Notes: generated by a model not told the origin, from the letters alone. DNA of 64,000 nt from an uncultured delta proteobacterium (GCA_963745025.1 CAVUWD010000020.1:96001-160000), one strand, 5' to 3'. Positions 33,421 to 43,939 are shown, counted from the stretch's first letter. A program made the numbers and translations.

Positions 33421-33809
33421 TGAAGATCTTCGCCACACGCGAATACCGGCTCTCCCAATTGCCGTTCGGGGCGAGGCTCTTCTACTCGCTGTTCCTCGGC
33501 ATGGTCTTTCTCGGCCTCCTCACCTGCCTCGGCTTCGCCTTCGGCAAGTCGGGAATTTCGAGCGACGCGCTCGCCGAATACTATCGACCCGACGGCGGAG
33601 GCTACGGAGGCAAGTCGTTTCTCGAGCTGCTCGAGACCGCGCATTTCCACCTCTTCAGCATGCCGATCTTCTTCCTCGTGATCGACGACATCTGTTCCCA
33701 GCTCTCTCGGAGCGCAGCACTCGCGTATCTTTCCAGTTCTTCGCGGCGCTGGCGGCGGAGTACAGTGTCGTCCTGGCTTCGGTCTACCTCGGGCTCGGCG
33801 GTGTCGTGA
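33420..33809 (+). CDS. Membrane protein (probably 3'-truncated) of the ApbE cluster
   Basis: MKIFATREYRL..LFYSLFLGMVFLGLLTCLGF..EYY..LLETAHFHLFSMPIFFLVI; protein-like character lost after ~33690. Confidence 0.55.
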   Translation: MKIFATREYRLSQLPFGARLFYSLFLGMVFLGLLTCLGFAFGKSGISSDALAEYYRPDGGGYGGKSFLELLETAHFHLFSMPIFFLVIDDICSQLSRSAALAYLSSSSRRWRRSTVSSWLRSTSGSAVS

Positions 33810-33818
33810 AATTCAACC

Positions 33819-34739
33819 TCACGCTCGAGCGTTTTCGGTTCTGTCGGCCCCTGCGTCTGAGCGGGCTAGCCCCCATCGACATTCCCGTGATGCCCCGTGC
33901 GAATTTCGGATGAGGTCAGGCGGCGGCGTCTCGGTCGGCGCGGGCGTTTCCGTAGTTTCGGGCGTGGGGGTGTTCTCGGCCAAGCAGTCGTCGCTGTGAC
34001 CGGCGCTGAGAATCCTCACGGTGTCGGCGTCGAGCGCAGACGACGTTCCGAGGCCCTCCCGCTCTCCGTCCGCTGCGATCAGCTGCCCCTTCTCGAGGTT
34101 GTTGAAGCTCGTCGGCGTTCCGTTCGCGTCCTGGATCGCGGTGTCGTTGAGCTTGACGATGCGCGTGAGCTCGTTTCCGCCCGAAGCGACGCACACGTTG
34201 AGATTGCCGTTCGGTGAAGCGGGGACGTTGCGGATCACGCCCTGAAACGTCTCCGAGACCTTCGCGGGACGGGCGCCCGTGCAGTCGAAGTCGACGTCCT
34301 CCAGCGTGACGACCGCATCGTTCGTCATGTCGGGAAGGATCATCTCACCCTGGCAACGGCCGCGGCTGAAGACCACCGTCACGTTGCCGGTCGGCGAGCC
34401 GGGAAGAGCGAAGTTGCCTTGATCGTCGCTCGTGTCGGTCACTCCCGAGCCGCTGACGCCGGAGGCGCGCACTTGGACTCCGCCGAGATCGCTGCTCGAC
34501 TGCGCGAACGCCCGCCGGGCCAAGCCGAGGATCTCCTCGCTCGCCCAAGCGAGCCAGCGCCGAAGCTCGGGTTGGATCGACGCCGAAGGCGCGCTCGACA
34601 TGTTCCCTTGGATCGTGCTCGACCGCCCTCCTCCGTCGCCGCCACCGCCGCCGCCACCACCGCCACATCCGACCGCCAGCGCGACCGTGAGTGCAGTCCA
34701 CCTGCAGAGAGCCGCCGACCCCCGACCGTGATCGTTCAT
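33819..34739 (-). CDS. Lipoprotein with Gly linker, beta-sandwich domain and DUF5666-like domain
   Basis: AGGAGG RBS, lipobox LAVGC, poly-Gly, DTSDDQGNFAL, DTAIQD..SFNNLEKGQLI..G..LDADTVRI, Thr/Pro tail. Confidence 0.7.
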   Translation of the reverse strand: MNDHGRGSAALCRWTALTVALAVGCGGGGGGGGGDGGGRSSTIQGNMSSAPSASIQPELRRWLAWASEEILGLARRAFAQSSSDLGGVQVRASGVSGSGVTDTSDDQGNFALPGSPTGNVTVVFSRGRCQGEMILPDMTNDAVVTLEDVDFDCTGARPAKVSETFQGVIRNVPASPNGNLNVCVASGGNELTRIVKLNDTAIQDANGTPTSFNNLEKGQLIAADGEREGLGTSSALDADTVRILSAGHSDDCLAENTPTPETTETPAPTETPPPDLIRNSHGASRECRWGLARSDAGADRTENARA

Positions 34740-34773
34740 TCGCTACCTCCTTCTGGGAGATTTCCCCACCCGG

Positions 34774-36039
34774 CTAGAACAACAGAACCTCGACTTCGTC
34801 TCCCTCTTCCAGACCCTCCGCCTCGAGTGGGATGCGGACCATGCCGTCGGCATGGACCAAAGAAAAGACCGCTCCCGACTTGCCAGGAACGGGGCGGGCG
34901 AGTCGCCGCCCATCGGCCGAACGCTCGAGCGTGACGCGGACGTAGTCTTCCCGCCCGGGCTCGGATGGGACGTTGCGGACGAGCGTGGCACGGGCGGTAC
35001 GTTCGTGGGCAAAGGCGGACTCAGGCTTCTCGCCGGCGAGCAGCTTGACGAGCGGAGCTCCGAACAGGCGGAACGTCACCAGGGCCGAGACGGGATGGCC
35101 GGGCAGGCCGAGGATCGGCCGACCCATCGCGCGGGCGAGAATCGTCGGCTTTCCCGGAGCGTACCGGATGCCATGGAACAGCACCTCGGAGTCGGGGAAC
35201 GAGGCGATCACCTCGAGCGCCATGTCCTTGGTGCCGACGGAGCTGCCCCCGGAGAGGAACGTCACGTCTGCTTCGCCGAGAGCGCGCGACAGCGCTGTCT
35301 TCAATTGTTCGGCGGTGTCACCGACCAGGCCGAGATCGAGCACCACGCCGCCCGCCTCGCGGATCATCGCCGCGAGCGAATATTGATTGATGTTGCGGAT
35401 CTGTCCGGGGCGCGGCTGGACGTCGGGTGGCACGATCTCGTCTCCGGTGGAAAGTAGCGCCGCCCGTGGCCGGCGGACGACCGCTACCTCGGTGATGCCG
35501 GCGCCGGTCAGTGCCCCGAGGTCCTGGGCTCGCAACTTCCGTCCGGCAGGAAACACCGGATCGCCGCGGCGGATGTCCTCGCCGATCCGAAGTACGCTCT
35601 CCCACGGCGAGACGCCCCGCTGGATCTCGACCGTGCCGTCGACGAGCTCGTCGCAGTACTCGATCATGACGACGGCGTTGGCGCCGGGCGGAATCATGCC
35701 GCCGGTCGAGATGCGCATGGTCTCGCGGGGCTCGAGCGCGCGCGTCGCCTCGTCGCCCATTTCGATCGATCCGACCAGGCGAAGATAGTTGGGCTGGCTC
35801 GCGGAGGCGCCGAACGTGTCCTCGGCCCGTACGGCATAGCCGTCCATGTTCGAGCGGTGAAAATGCGGCATGTCGTCCGCGGCGACGATCGACTCCGCGA
35901 GGATCCGCCCCGCGGCATCGGCCACGGCCATGCGCTCCGTGCCGAGCGGCCCGAAGCGCTCGAGAGCGCCCCGCGCCTCGGCGGGCGAAAGCACCCGAAA
36001 GAACGGCTTCACGACCCGAGGCGCACGTGCGTCAGACAT
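34774..36039 (-). CDS. moeA: Molybdopterin molybdotransferase MoeA (gephyrin-like)
   Basis: RSNMDGYAV, ISTGG, STGDEI, SGGSSVG, PGKPT, LPGHPVSA; ATG 36039 after AAGGAG. Confidence 0.93.
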   Translation of the reverse strand: MSDARAPRVVKPFFRVLSPAEARGALERFGPLGTERMAVADAAGRILAESIVAADDMPHFHRSNMDGYAVRAEDTFGASASQPNYLRLVGSIEMGDEATRALEPRETMRISTGGMIPPGANAVVMIEYCDELVDGTVEIQRGVSPWESVLRIGEDIRRGDPVFPAGRKLRAQDLGALTGAGITEVAVVRRPRAALLSTGDEIVPPDVQPRPGQIRNINQYSLAAMIREAGGVVLDLGLVGDTAEQLKTALSRALGEADVTFLSGGSSVGTKDMALEVIASFPDSEVLFHGIRYAPGKPTILARAMGRPILGLPGHPVSALVTFRLFGAPLVKLLAGEKPESAFAHERTARATLVRNVPSEPGREDYVRVTLERSADGRRLARPVPGKSGAVFSLVHADGMVRIPLEAEGLEEGDEVEVLLF

Positions 36040-36851
36040 GGGAGCTCCTTTCGCACCTTGCGCAGATAGTCGAGGCGAATCTCCGCCAGGATGATCGCCT
36101 CCCCCTCGCTGGCGCGGGCGACGACCGCACCCCAGGGATCGACGATCATCGAGCCGCCGTAGTCGCGATGGCCGTTCGGGCTCGTGCCGCACTGGTCCGG
36201 GGCGATCACGTAGCATTGATTCTCGATCGCCCGCGCGCGCACCAGCGTCTCCCAATGCGCGGCGCCCGTCGGGAACGTGAACGCGGAGGGAATGCAGAGA
36301 ATCTCCGCTCCCGCGCGGACCAGCCTCCGGTAGAGCTCGGGGAAGCGGAGGTCGTAGCAGACCGACAGGCCGATTGCGCCGATCGCGGTCGGAACGACGA
36401 CGGTCTCCTGCCCCGGCTTACGCGCCTCGGATTCCTTCGCCGTGACCTGCCCGGGGATCTCGACGTCGAAGAGATGAATCTTCCGATAGAGGCCGGCGAT
36501 CTCGCCGCTCGGCGTGAACAGCAGCGCCGTGTTGTAGCAGCGGCGCTCTCCCGCGACCGCTTCGGTGATCGATCCGGGCTGGAGATGAATACCGAGCTCG
36601 CGGGCGATCGCGCCGAGCCGCTCGCTCGTCGGCCCCGGGATCGACTCGGCGGACTCGGCTTCGGTTCCGCGAGGGCCGCGCCAGCTGAAGACCTCGGGTA
36701 GGACGACGAGCCTCGCCCCCTGCTTCACGGCGGTGCGAATCAGCTCTTCGGCCCGGTCGAGGTTCGCCCGTTTGTCCGAGCCCGAAGACATCTGGATGGC
36801 GGCGGCGTAGAGCACGGCCTCAATAACAGCCGATCTCTCGCGGTGCGGCAA
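36009..36851 (-). CDS. Carbon-nitrogen hydrolase (Nit1-like, deaminated glutathione amidase family)
   Basis: LPE, YRKIHLFD, VCYDLRFPE triad, TGAAHW, RARAIENQCY; start may be GTG 36815. Confidence 0.92.
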   Translation of the reverse strand: MPHRERSAVIEAVLYAAAIQMSSGSDKRANLDRAEELIRTAVKQGARLVVLPEVFSWRGPRGTEAESAESIPGPTSERLGAIARELGIHLQPGSITEAVAGERRCYNTALLFTPSGEIAGLYRKIHLFDVEIPGQVTAKESEARKPGQETVVVPTAIGAIGLSVCYDLRFPELYRRLVRAGAEILCIPSAFTFPTGAAHWETLVRARAIENQCYVIAPDQCGTSPNGHRDYGGSMIVDPWGAVVARASEGEAIILAEIRLDYLRKVRKELPCLTHVRLGS

Positions 36852-36863
36852 GCCGCCCCGACC

Positions 36864-37640
36864 TCAATTCGCGAGCGCCTGCAGAACCTGCTCGTGGAGC
36901 GTGCCATTGCTGGCGACGAGCCCACGAAGCGCCGGACTCGGTTGATTGTAGCGTAGGGCCTCCCCGGCGACGTCTGTGACCCGCCCGCCGGCGCATTCGA
37001 TGATGCAGGCCGAGGAACACACGTCCCATTCGCTCTTCGGCGACAGCGTGAAGGTGGCGTCGGCTCGGCCCGCCGCGACGAGCGCGAGCTTGTAGGCGAC
37101 CGAGCCGGTGAGCTCGATCACGAAGCGGCCGCGGAAACGATCCCATTCGCCGCGCTCGTTCTCCGACCGACTGGCGAGCAGCACGGCACGCTCGAGCGCA
37201 GTCGTCGAGGTCACGCGGATGGGTCGGTCGTTGAGCGTCGCTCCGGCCGTGCGCTCCGCGGCGAAGAGCTCGTCGGTGATCGGATTGTAGGTGACTCCGA
37301 CGACGGGTACGCCGTCTTCGACGAGCGCGACGCAGACCGCAAGCTCTGGAATCTGCCGCACGAATTCCTTGGTGCCGTCGAGCGGGTCGACGATCCACAC
37401 CCGCCGCTTGCCGAGGCGCTCCGCCGTATCGCGCGACTCTTCGGAGAGCCAGCCGTCGTGCGGAAAGGCGGCGGTGATCCGCGCCTCGAGCGCCTGGTTC
37501 GCGCGGGTGTCGGCTTCGGTGAGCGGGCTGTCGCCGCGATCGCCCTTCTCGACGACCGAGAGCGGGGTCCCGTAGAGCGAGCGGATGATCGCGCCCGCCT
37601 CGCGCGCCGCCTCGATTGCGACTCCGAGCTCTCGCTTCAC
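36864..37640 (-). CDS. cysQ: 3'(2'),5'-bisphosphate nucleotidase CysQ / inositol monophosphatase family
   Basis: [29 protein letters not shown]. Confidence 0.85.
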   Translation of the reverse strand: MKRELGVAIEAAREAGAIIRSLYGTPLSVVEKGDRGDSPLTEADTRANQALEARITAAFPHDGWLSEESRDTAERLGKRRVWIVDPLDGTKEFVRQIPELAVCVALVEDGVPVVGVTYNPITDELFAAERTAGATLNDRPIRVTSTTALERAVLLASRSENERGEWDRFRGRFVIELTGSVAYKLALVAAGRADATFTLSPKSEWDVCSSACIIECAGGRVTDVAGEALRYNQPSPALRGLVASNGTLHEQVLQALAN

Positions 37641-38740
37641 GACGACGAGGCGAGAACCTTGCGGTATTCGACGGCGAGCGACTCGACCATCTCCTCACGC
37701 CGGTCGTAGAGCCGCTTCGGCTTCCGTGGCGCGTGGGTGGAAAGCGCATAGGCCGTTAGGATCGGCAGCGCGATCGTCGTGTCGGCGTAGCAGACCACCG
37801 AGTCGGGCAGCTTCTCGGGGTCGACCTTGCCCCACGAGACCGCCTCACCAGGCGTGGCCCCGGAAAGGCCGCCGGTGTCGGGCCGCGCGTCGGTGACCTG
37901 CAGGAAGTAATCGTGCCCTTTCTCGGCGATGCCGAGCACCTCCTGGATCTGTGGTTCGGTCTGCAGCACGAAGTTCTTCGGCGAGCCGCCGCCGAGCAAG
38001 ACGACACCGCTCTTGCCGCTGCGGCGCTTGGTGTCGAAGACGATGGCCGCGGTCTCGTTGACGTCGACGTTCGGATCGAGCACGAGCTTGTTGCCGTTCA
38101 GGGCCATGGCGGCGACGTTCATGCCGATCGAGCTGTCGCCCGGCGAGGACGTGTAGATCGGCACGCCGTTCTCGTACGCCGCGGACACGAGTGACTTGCG
38201 GCCCTGCTGGAGCACGCGTTCACGCTCGTTCACGTAGCGACCGATCCGGTAATGGAACTCGGCCGTGCCCATCGGCCGCTGGAACTCGGCTGCGGCGATG
38301 ATTTCGCGGAAGAAGGCGTCGGTCTCGAGAAGCACCGTGTAGTCGAAGAAGATGTCATAGATCCGCACGACACCTTCCTCGCGAAGCTGGACGTCGTCGA
38401 CCTGCCAGGTGCCCCGGTGAAGCTCGAGCCCGATGCCGAAATGGGTGTCGTGGTAGACGTTCGCGCCGGTCGACACGATCCAGTCGACGAAACCGGCCTC
38501 GATGAGCGGGATCAACGCCGACATGCCGAGGCCGGCGGGCGTCAGCGCGCCGGTCAGGCTCATCCCGATCGTGACGTCCTCCTCGAGCATCTTACGGCTG
38601 TAGAGCTGACAGGCCTCGCGAAGCCGGGCTCCGTTGTAGGCGAGAAACGTGCTGTCGACGAGCTCGACGACGGGGATTCCCGCCCGGATCGGCTTGGGAT
38701 CGATTCGCGGTCGGTTGAGATGACGACTCTTCCCCTTCAT
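37637..38740 (-). CDS. Deoxyhypusine synthase-like protein (bacterial homospermidine biosynthesis, SpeY-like)
   Basis: [53 protein letters not shown]; ATG 38740 after GGAGGGG. Confidence 0.9.
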   Translation of the reverse strand: MKGKSRHLNRPRIDPKPIRAGIPVVELVDSTFLAYNGARLREACQLYSRKMLEEDVTIGMSLTGALTPAGLGMSALIPLIEAGFVDWIVSTGANVYHDTHFGIGLELHRGTWQVDDVQLREEGVVRIYDIFFDYTVLLETDAFFREIIAAAEFQRPMGTAEFHYRIGRYVNERERVLQQGRKSLVSAAYENGVPIYTSSPGDSSIGMNVAAMALNGNKLVLDPNVDVNETAAIVFDTKRRSGKSGVVLLGGGSPKNFVLQTEPQIQEVLGIAEKGHDYFLQVTDARPDTGGLSGATPGEAVSWGKVDPEKLPDSVVCYADTTIALPILTAYALSTHAPRKPKRLYDRREEMVESLAVEYRKVLASSS

Positions 38741-38771
38741 CGCCTGCCCCTCCGCTGGCGGCGCCGAAGCT

Positions 38772-38825
38772 AACAAAACGAAACGAAACAAGACAGAGAG
38801 AAGGGAGGGACGTCTCTCTGTCTTG
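38772..38825 (-). terminator. Intrinsic terminator/attenuator hairpin in 5' leader of DHS-like gene
   Basis: 12-bp perfect stem caagacagagag (38789-38800) / ctctctgtcttg (38814-38825), followed on minus strand by TTTCGTTTCGTTTTGTT, ~30 nt before ATG. Confidence 0.75.
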
Positions 38826-38826
38826 G

Positions 38827-39003
38827 TCACGGGGAGCCGCCGGAAAAGAGCGCGGAACGCATGCCGCGCTTCGCGTGGCGGCGTGCGTTTGCGGTCGGCC
38901 GGGTACGGGCGGACGACCAACGCACGCGCCATCCTGTTGGCGCCGTGCCCGTCGAGACCCGCACGCGTGTCGATGGCCGGTGTGGCAAAGACCGAGGCGT
39001 CAC
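38827..39003 (-). other. Putative leader peptide ORF (58 aa, ends ..LFSGGSP-stop)
   Basis: GTG 39003 with GGAG 11 nt upstream; TGA ends one base before terminator stem. Confidence 0.35.
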
Positions 39004-39070
39004 GGACGTCGCGTCTCCACCGAGTCCGATCAGTACACAACATGCCCTCGTTGCGTTATACGCGCGGAGC

Positions 39071-39544
39071 GTGAGACGGCATGCGGTGATCTTCCTCGCC
39101 TCTGGGGCGTACCTCGGATACGCACCGATCGCGTCGGGAACCTTCGGCACGCTCGCAGGGGTGGCGCTCTATCCGGTCTTCGAGGCGCTCCGCGGGCTCT
39201 CGCTGCCGCTCTACGTCGTGACGTTTCTCGCTCTGGTGGCCGCGGCGATTGGCATCGCCGGCGAAGCGGAGCAAATCTTCGGCGAGAAAGACAGCGGGAA
39301 GATCACCATCGACGAGGTCACCGGCTACATCGCGGCGACGCTCTTCGTGCGGCCGTCGCTCGCCGTGGTGGCGACGAGCTTCGTGCTCTTTCGGCTGTTC
39401 GACGTGGTGAAGATCTGGCCGGCGAGCTACTTCGACCGCGAGGTGCATGGCGGGCCCGGAGTGGTGATCGACGACGTGATCTCCGGTCTCTACGCGAACC
39501 TCGCGCTGCGCGCGCTCGTCTGGTTGGGCGGCTTCACGGTATGA
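39071..39544 (+). CDS. pgpA: Phosphatidylglycerophosphatase A
   Basis: GYAPIASGTFGT, KDSGKITIDEVTG, LFRLFDVVK.WP, GVVIDDVISG. Confidence 0.93.
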   Translation: MRRHAVIFLASGAYLGYAPIASGTFGTLAGVALYPVFEALRGLSLPLYVVTFLALVAAAIGIAGEAEQIFGEKDSGKITIDEVTGYIAATLFVRPSLAVVATSFVLFRLFDVVKIWPASYFDREVHGGPGVVIDDVISGLYANLALRALVWLGGFTV

Positions 39545-40259
39545 AGATCGGCCCGCGCTGGCGCAGATAGCGCGCGACGGGCTCCGGCAACCATTCCGCG
39601 GCGGGCTCACCACGTGCCAGGCGCTCGCGGACCGCAGTCGCGGAGAGCGCGCGCCAGCGTGGGTCGAGCTCCAGCCAGTCCACCCGATCGGCGTAACGCC
39701 GTGCCGGCTCGTCGGCGAGCAGGCTCTCGAATGCCGCATGGTCGAGCTCGCCACGCGGCGCGACCAGGAGCCGCGCCCGATCGAAGAGCGCGGCAAGCGA
39801 GCTCTCGAAGTCTCGGTAATAGCGGGCATCGAAGATCTGGCCGACCTTGTCCATGCCGACGACGAAGGTGAAGAGCTCCACGCCGGGACATGCGCGGCGA
39901 AGCGCTTCGGCCTGCTCGGCATAGAGCCCGCGATTGTGCAGCACGACGCCGAGGCCTTCTTGGCCGGAGGCGATTTCCGCCAGCAGATGAAGCCGCTCGT
40001 CGAGCGCGAGACCGGATTCGCGCTTGTCGAGCGTGATCGTGCCCAACGAAAACAGCACGCAGTCGAAGCCGCGCACCCGCGCCGCGTCGGCGAGCGCCAG
40101 GTGTGCCCGAGTCGGGGGGTTGTAAGCGCCGGGGAGCACGGCGAACGAGCCCGCCGCGATCGCCGGTGTCAGGAGGCGGGCGGTTGGCTCGGAGCACGCG
40201 GCAACGTCCTCGACGGTGCGTCGGCAGACGGCGACACTTGCCACGGGTCGAGCGGACAC
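39534..40259 (-). CDS. NadD-like nucleotidyltransferase (cytidylyltransferase superfamily)
   Basis: PGAYNPPTRAH (HxGH-like), VGMDK...IFD.RYY, LSATAVR..L......LPEPVARY. Confidence 0.75.
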   Translation of the reverse strand: MSARPVASVAVCRRTVEDVAACSEPTARLLTPAIAAGSFAVLPGAYNPPTRAHLALADAARVRGFDCVLFSLGTITLDKRESGLALDERLHLLAEIASGQEGLGVVLHNRGLYAEQAEALRRACPGVELFTFVVGMDKVGQIFDARYYRDFESSLAALFDRARLLVAPRGELDHAAFESLLADEPARRYADRVDWLELDPRWRALSATAVRERLARGEPAAEWLPEPVARYLRQRGPIFIP

Positions 40260-40263
40260 CGCT

Positions 40264-40648
40264 TCAGACCTCGGCGTCGACGAGCACGTTCCGCAGCGGC
40301 TCGCCGGCCGGGTCACGGCGCGGATCATCGGTGAACAGAGCCAGCACGTCCTCCACGTAGCGATCGAGCAACCGGTGCAAGGTGGCGGCGAACTCGCCGA
40401 GGTCGACGGGCAGATCGAACGCCAGGAAGACCTCGATCCTTTCGAAAGCGAGACGGGCCTCTTCGGCGAGCTTCGGCGTATTGGCGCGCAGCTCCTCGAT
40501 CGGTGTGAGACGGCGCGTCCGCCGTCTCCGCTCGCGCTCGACGTAAGCAGCGGTGATGACTTCGAGGACGCGGATCGAACGCCCGGATGCGGTCGATCTC
40601 GCCGCGGCCCGCGGCCAAAGGGAACGAGAGGCAGACGACGCAGCCCAC
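40264..40648 (-). pseudogene. Internally deleted D-2-hydroxyacid dehydrogenase remnant
   Basis: Manual translation: IDRIRAFDP / (shift ~40570) VLEVITAAYVE..AFERIEVFLAFDLP..A..L joined directly to a C-terminal DRYVEDVLALFTDD.RR..AGEPLRNVLVD; NAD-binding core absent. Confidence 0.55.
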
Positions 40649-40710
40649 AGGTGTTGGAATGTTCCGCTGCGGCCGATCTGTCAATCTGAAGAGCGGCTGG
40701 GAGTCTGTAC

Positions 40711-40767
40711 CACAGATCGCTCCCGTTGGTCGCGACTTGCTCCGGCCGAGCATCCTACCGAGCCAGC
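40711..40767 (+). repeat. Dispersed intergenic repeat, copy 1
   Basis: cacagatcgctcccgttggtcgcga...gctccggccgagcatcctaccgagccagc; 25-mer identical to copy at 56367. Confidence 0.85.
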
Positions 40768-40849
40768 CGCGGTCGGTGGCGCCACCGGTGTGGATAGACG
40801 GAGCTTGCCTGGCGGGGTTCCGAACCCTAAGATCTCTCTCGGAGGAGAC

Positions 40850-42133
40850 GTGATCGAGAAGGCGGTCATTCTATCAACCGGCGACGAGCTCACCTCCGGC
40901 CTCACCGTCGACACCAACTCCAACTTCCTGGCGGACAAGCTTTTCGAGAGCGGCGTCGACCTCGTGGCGGTCCTCGTCGTCGGCGACGATGCAGAGCGCA
41001 TCCGCTGGGCATTCGCGAGCGGCCTCGATCGGGCTGACCTGGTGATCGCTACCGGCGGTCTCGGCCCCACCGCGGACGATCTGACGACGGAGACCCTGGC
41101 CGCCACCCTCGGCCGCAAGCTCTACTTCGACGAGGAGTCTGCCGAACACATCCGTGCGCTCTTCCGCTCGATCGGTCGCACGATGCCGGAGAACAATCTC
41201 CGCCAGGCGGCGTTCCCCGAAGGGGCGGCGATCCTCGCCAACCCTCTCGGTACGGCACCGGGCTATCGCGTCGAGGTCGAGTGGAAGGGTCGAACCCGAT
41301 TCGTCGTCGTCATGCCCGGCGTGCCCCGCGAGATGAAGCCGATGATGGAGACGACGGTCCTGCCGTGGATCCGCAGCCTCGACGAGACGGGTCTCGTCTA
41401 CCGGAGCCGAAGCTTCCAGACCTTCGGTGCGAGCGAATCCGCGCTGGACGAGATGATGAAGGGCGCGGTCTCGCCGGAAGAGGGACGGCTGTCGTTCCGC
41501 GCCGCCTTCCCGCAGATCAGCGTACGCGTGACGGCTCACGGCTTGCCGGGCGAAGTCGACGAGAGGCTCGCGCATCTCGGCGAGCGCGTGCGAGCGCGGA
41601 TCGGCGATTACGTCTTCGGCGAGGGCAGCGCGACCATGGAAGGGGTGGTCGAGGATCTGCTTCGCGCGCGCGGCTGGAAGCTCGCCACGGCCGAATCGGT
41701 GACGGGCGGTCTGGTCTCTCAACGACTGACCAACGTGCCCGGAAGCTCTCAAGTCTTCGCGGGCGGGCTCGTCGCGTACACGCTCGAGACGAAGCAGGCG
41801 GTGCTCGGGGTCCCTCGCGAGACGCTCGAACGTCATGGGGCGGTGAGCGACGAGACCGCCAAGCAGATGGCCGCCGGAGCGCGGCGGGCTTGTGGCGCCG
41901 ACCTCGCAGTTTCGGTCACCGGTGTGGCCGGTCCCGACGGCGGGACGCCGCAGACCCCGGTCGGCACCGTTTACATAGGCTTCGCCGCGGACGGGATCCT
42001 AGTCTCTCGCCGCTACCAGCTCTGGGGCACGCGCGACTGGATTCGGCTGCTCGCCTCGCAGATCGCCCTCGACTGGGTTCGCCGGCATGCGCTCGGGCGC
42101 CGCCCCGAGGAATCGCTGCTGATCCGCAAGTAG
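40850..42133 (+). CDS. cinA: Competence/damage-inducible protein CinA (MoCF-like + PncC NMN deamidase)
   Basis: GDEL..G.TVDTNS, GGLGPTADD.T, PGVPREM, AESVTGG, TGVAGPDGGT; GTG after GGAGGAG. Confidence 0.95.
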   Translation: MIEKAVILSTGDELTSGLTVDTNSNFLADKLFESGVDLVAVLVVGDDAERIRWAFASGLDRADLVIATGGLGPTADDLTTETLAATLGRKLYFDEESAEHIRALFRSIGRTMPENNLRQAAFPEGAAILANPLGTAPGYRVEVEWKGRTRFVVVMPGVPREMKPMMETTVLPWIRSLDETGLVYRSRSFQTFGASESALDEMMKGAVSPEEGRLSFRAAFPQISVRVTAHGLPGEVDERLAHLGERVRARIGDYVFGEGSATMEGVVEDLLRARGWKLATAESVTGGLVSQRLTNVPGSSQVFAGGLVAYTLETKQAVLGVPRETLERHGAVSDETAKQMAAGARRACGADLAVSVTGVAGPDGGTPQTPVGTVYIGFAADGILVSRRYQLWGTRDWIRLLASQIALDWVRRHALGRRPEESLLIRK

Positions 42134-42160
42134 CCGAACCCTGGCCACCGACGAACGCTC

Positions 42161-42721
42161 ATGATTCGCGCCTTCCTCGCCATCCGCCCCACCGACGACG
42201 TGATCGGCCGTTTGATCGAGATCGAGTCCGAGTTTGCCGACGTCGGCGCCGACGTGCGTTGGGTCTCGGCGGAGACGATGCATCTGACGATCCAGTTCCT
42301 CGGCGAAGTTCGAGAATCCGAGATCCCGGAGATCGAGCGCGGGCTCCGGCAAGCTCTCGGCGCGCTTTCTCCGTTCGAGATCGAGTGCCGCGGCCTCGGT
42401 GTCTTCCCCAACCAGAAGCGCCCTCGGGTGGTGTGGGTGGGGCTTCACGGCGCCGGTATCGCCACGCTCGCGGAAAGTGCGGAGATCGTGCTTTCGCCGC
42501 TGGGATTTCCCCCGGAGGAGCGTGAGCTCACGCCGCACATCACGATTGGCCGGGTGCGCTCGGCGCGGGGATGGGAGGGTCTCGCGCGGCTTCTCAAGGC
42601 GAACGCTGACCGGAGCTTCGGCGTGAGCCTCATCGATCGCATCACGCTCTACCGGAGCCAGCTGCGTCCGGATGGCGCGGTCCACACGCCCCTCGTGAAA
42701 TTTCCTCTCGCAGGTGGTTGA
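42161..42721 (+). CDS. thpR: RNA 2',3'-cyclic phosphodiesterase
   Basis: R.FLAI, two 2H motifs HLT and HIT, PRVVWVG; cinA-thpR-recA context. Confidence 0.93.
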   Translation: MIRAFLAIRPTDDVIGRLIEIESEFADVGADVRWVSAETMHLTIQFLGEVRESEIPEIERGLRQALGALSPFEIECRGLGVFPNQKRPRVVWVGLHGAGIATLAESAEIVLSPLGFPPEERELTPHITIGRVRSARGWEGLARLLKANADRSFGVSLIDRITLYRSQLRPDGAVHTPLVKFPLAGG

Positions 42722-42838
42722 AACGTGCCGTTTCGCGGCGTTGCGATCGCCCACGCGAGCCTTTCGGCGGCACCGTCTTGCCCTTATAATCACCACCAAC
42801 ACGATCCCTGTCGGGAGCGGATTGGAATGGAGCGGAAC

Positions 42839-43912
<1,074 letters not shown>

Positions 43913-43939
43913 CGAGCGCCCTAGAGACGGAGGAGCAAC

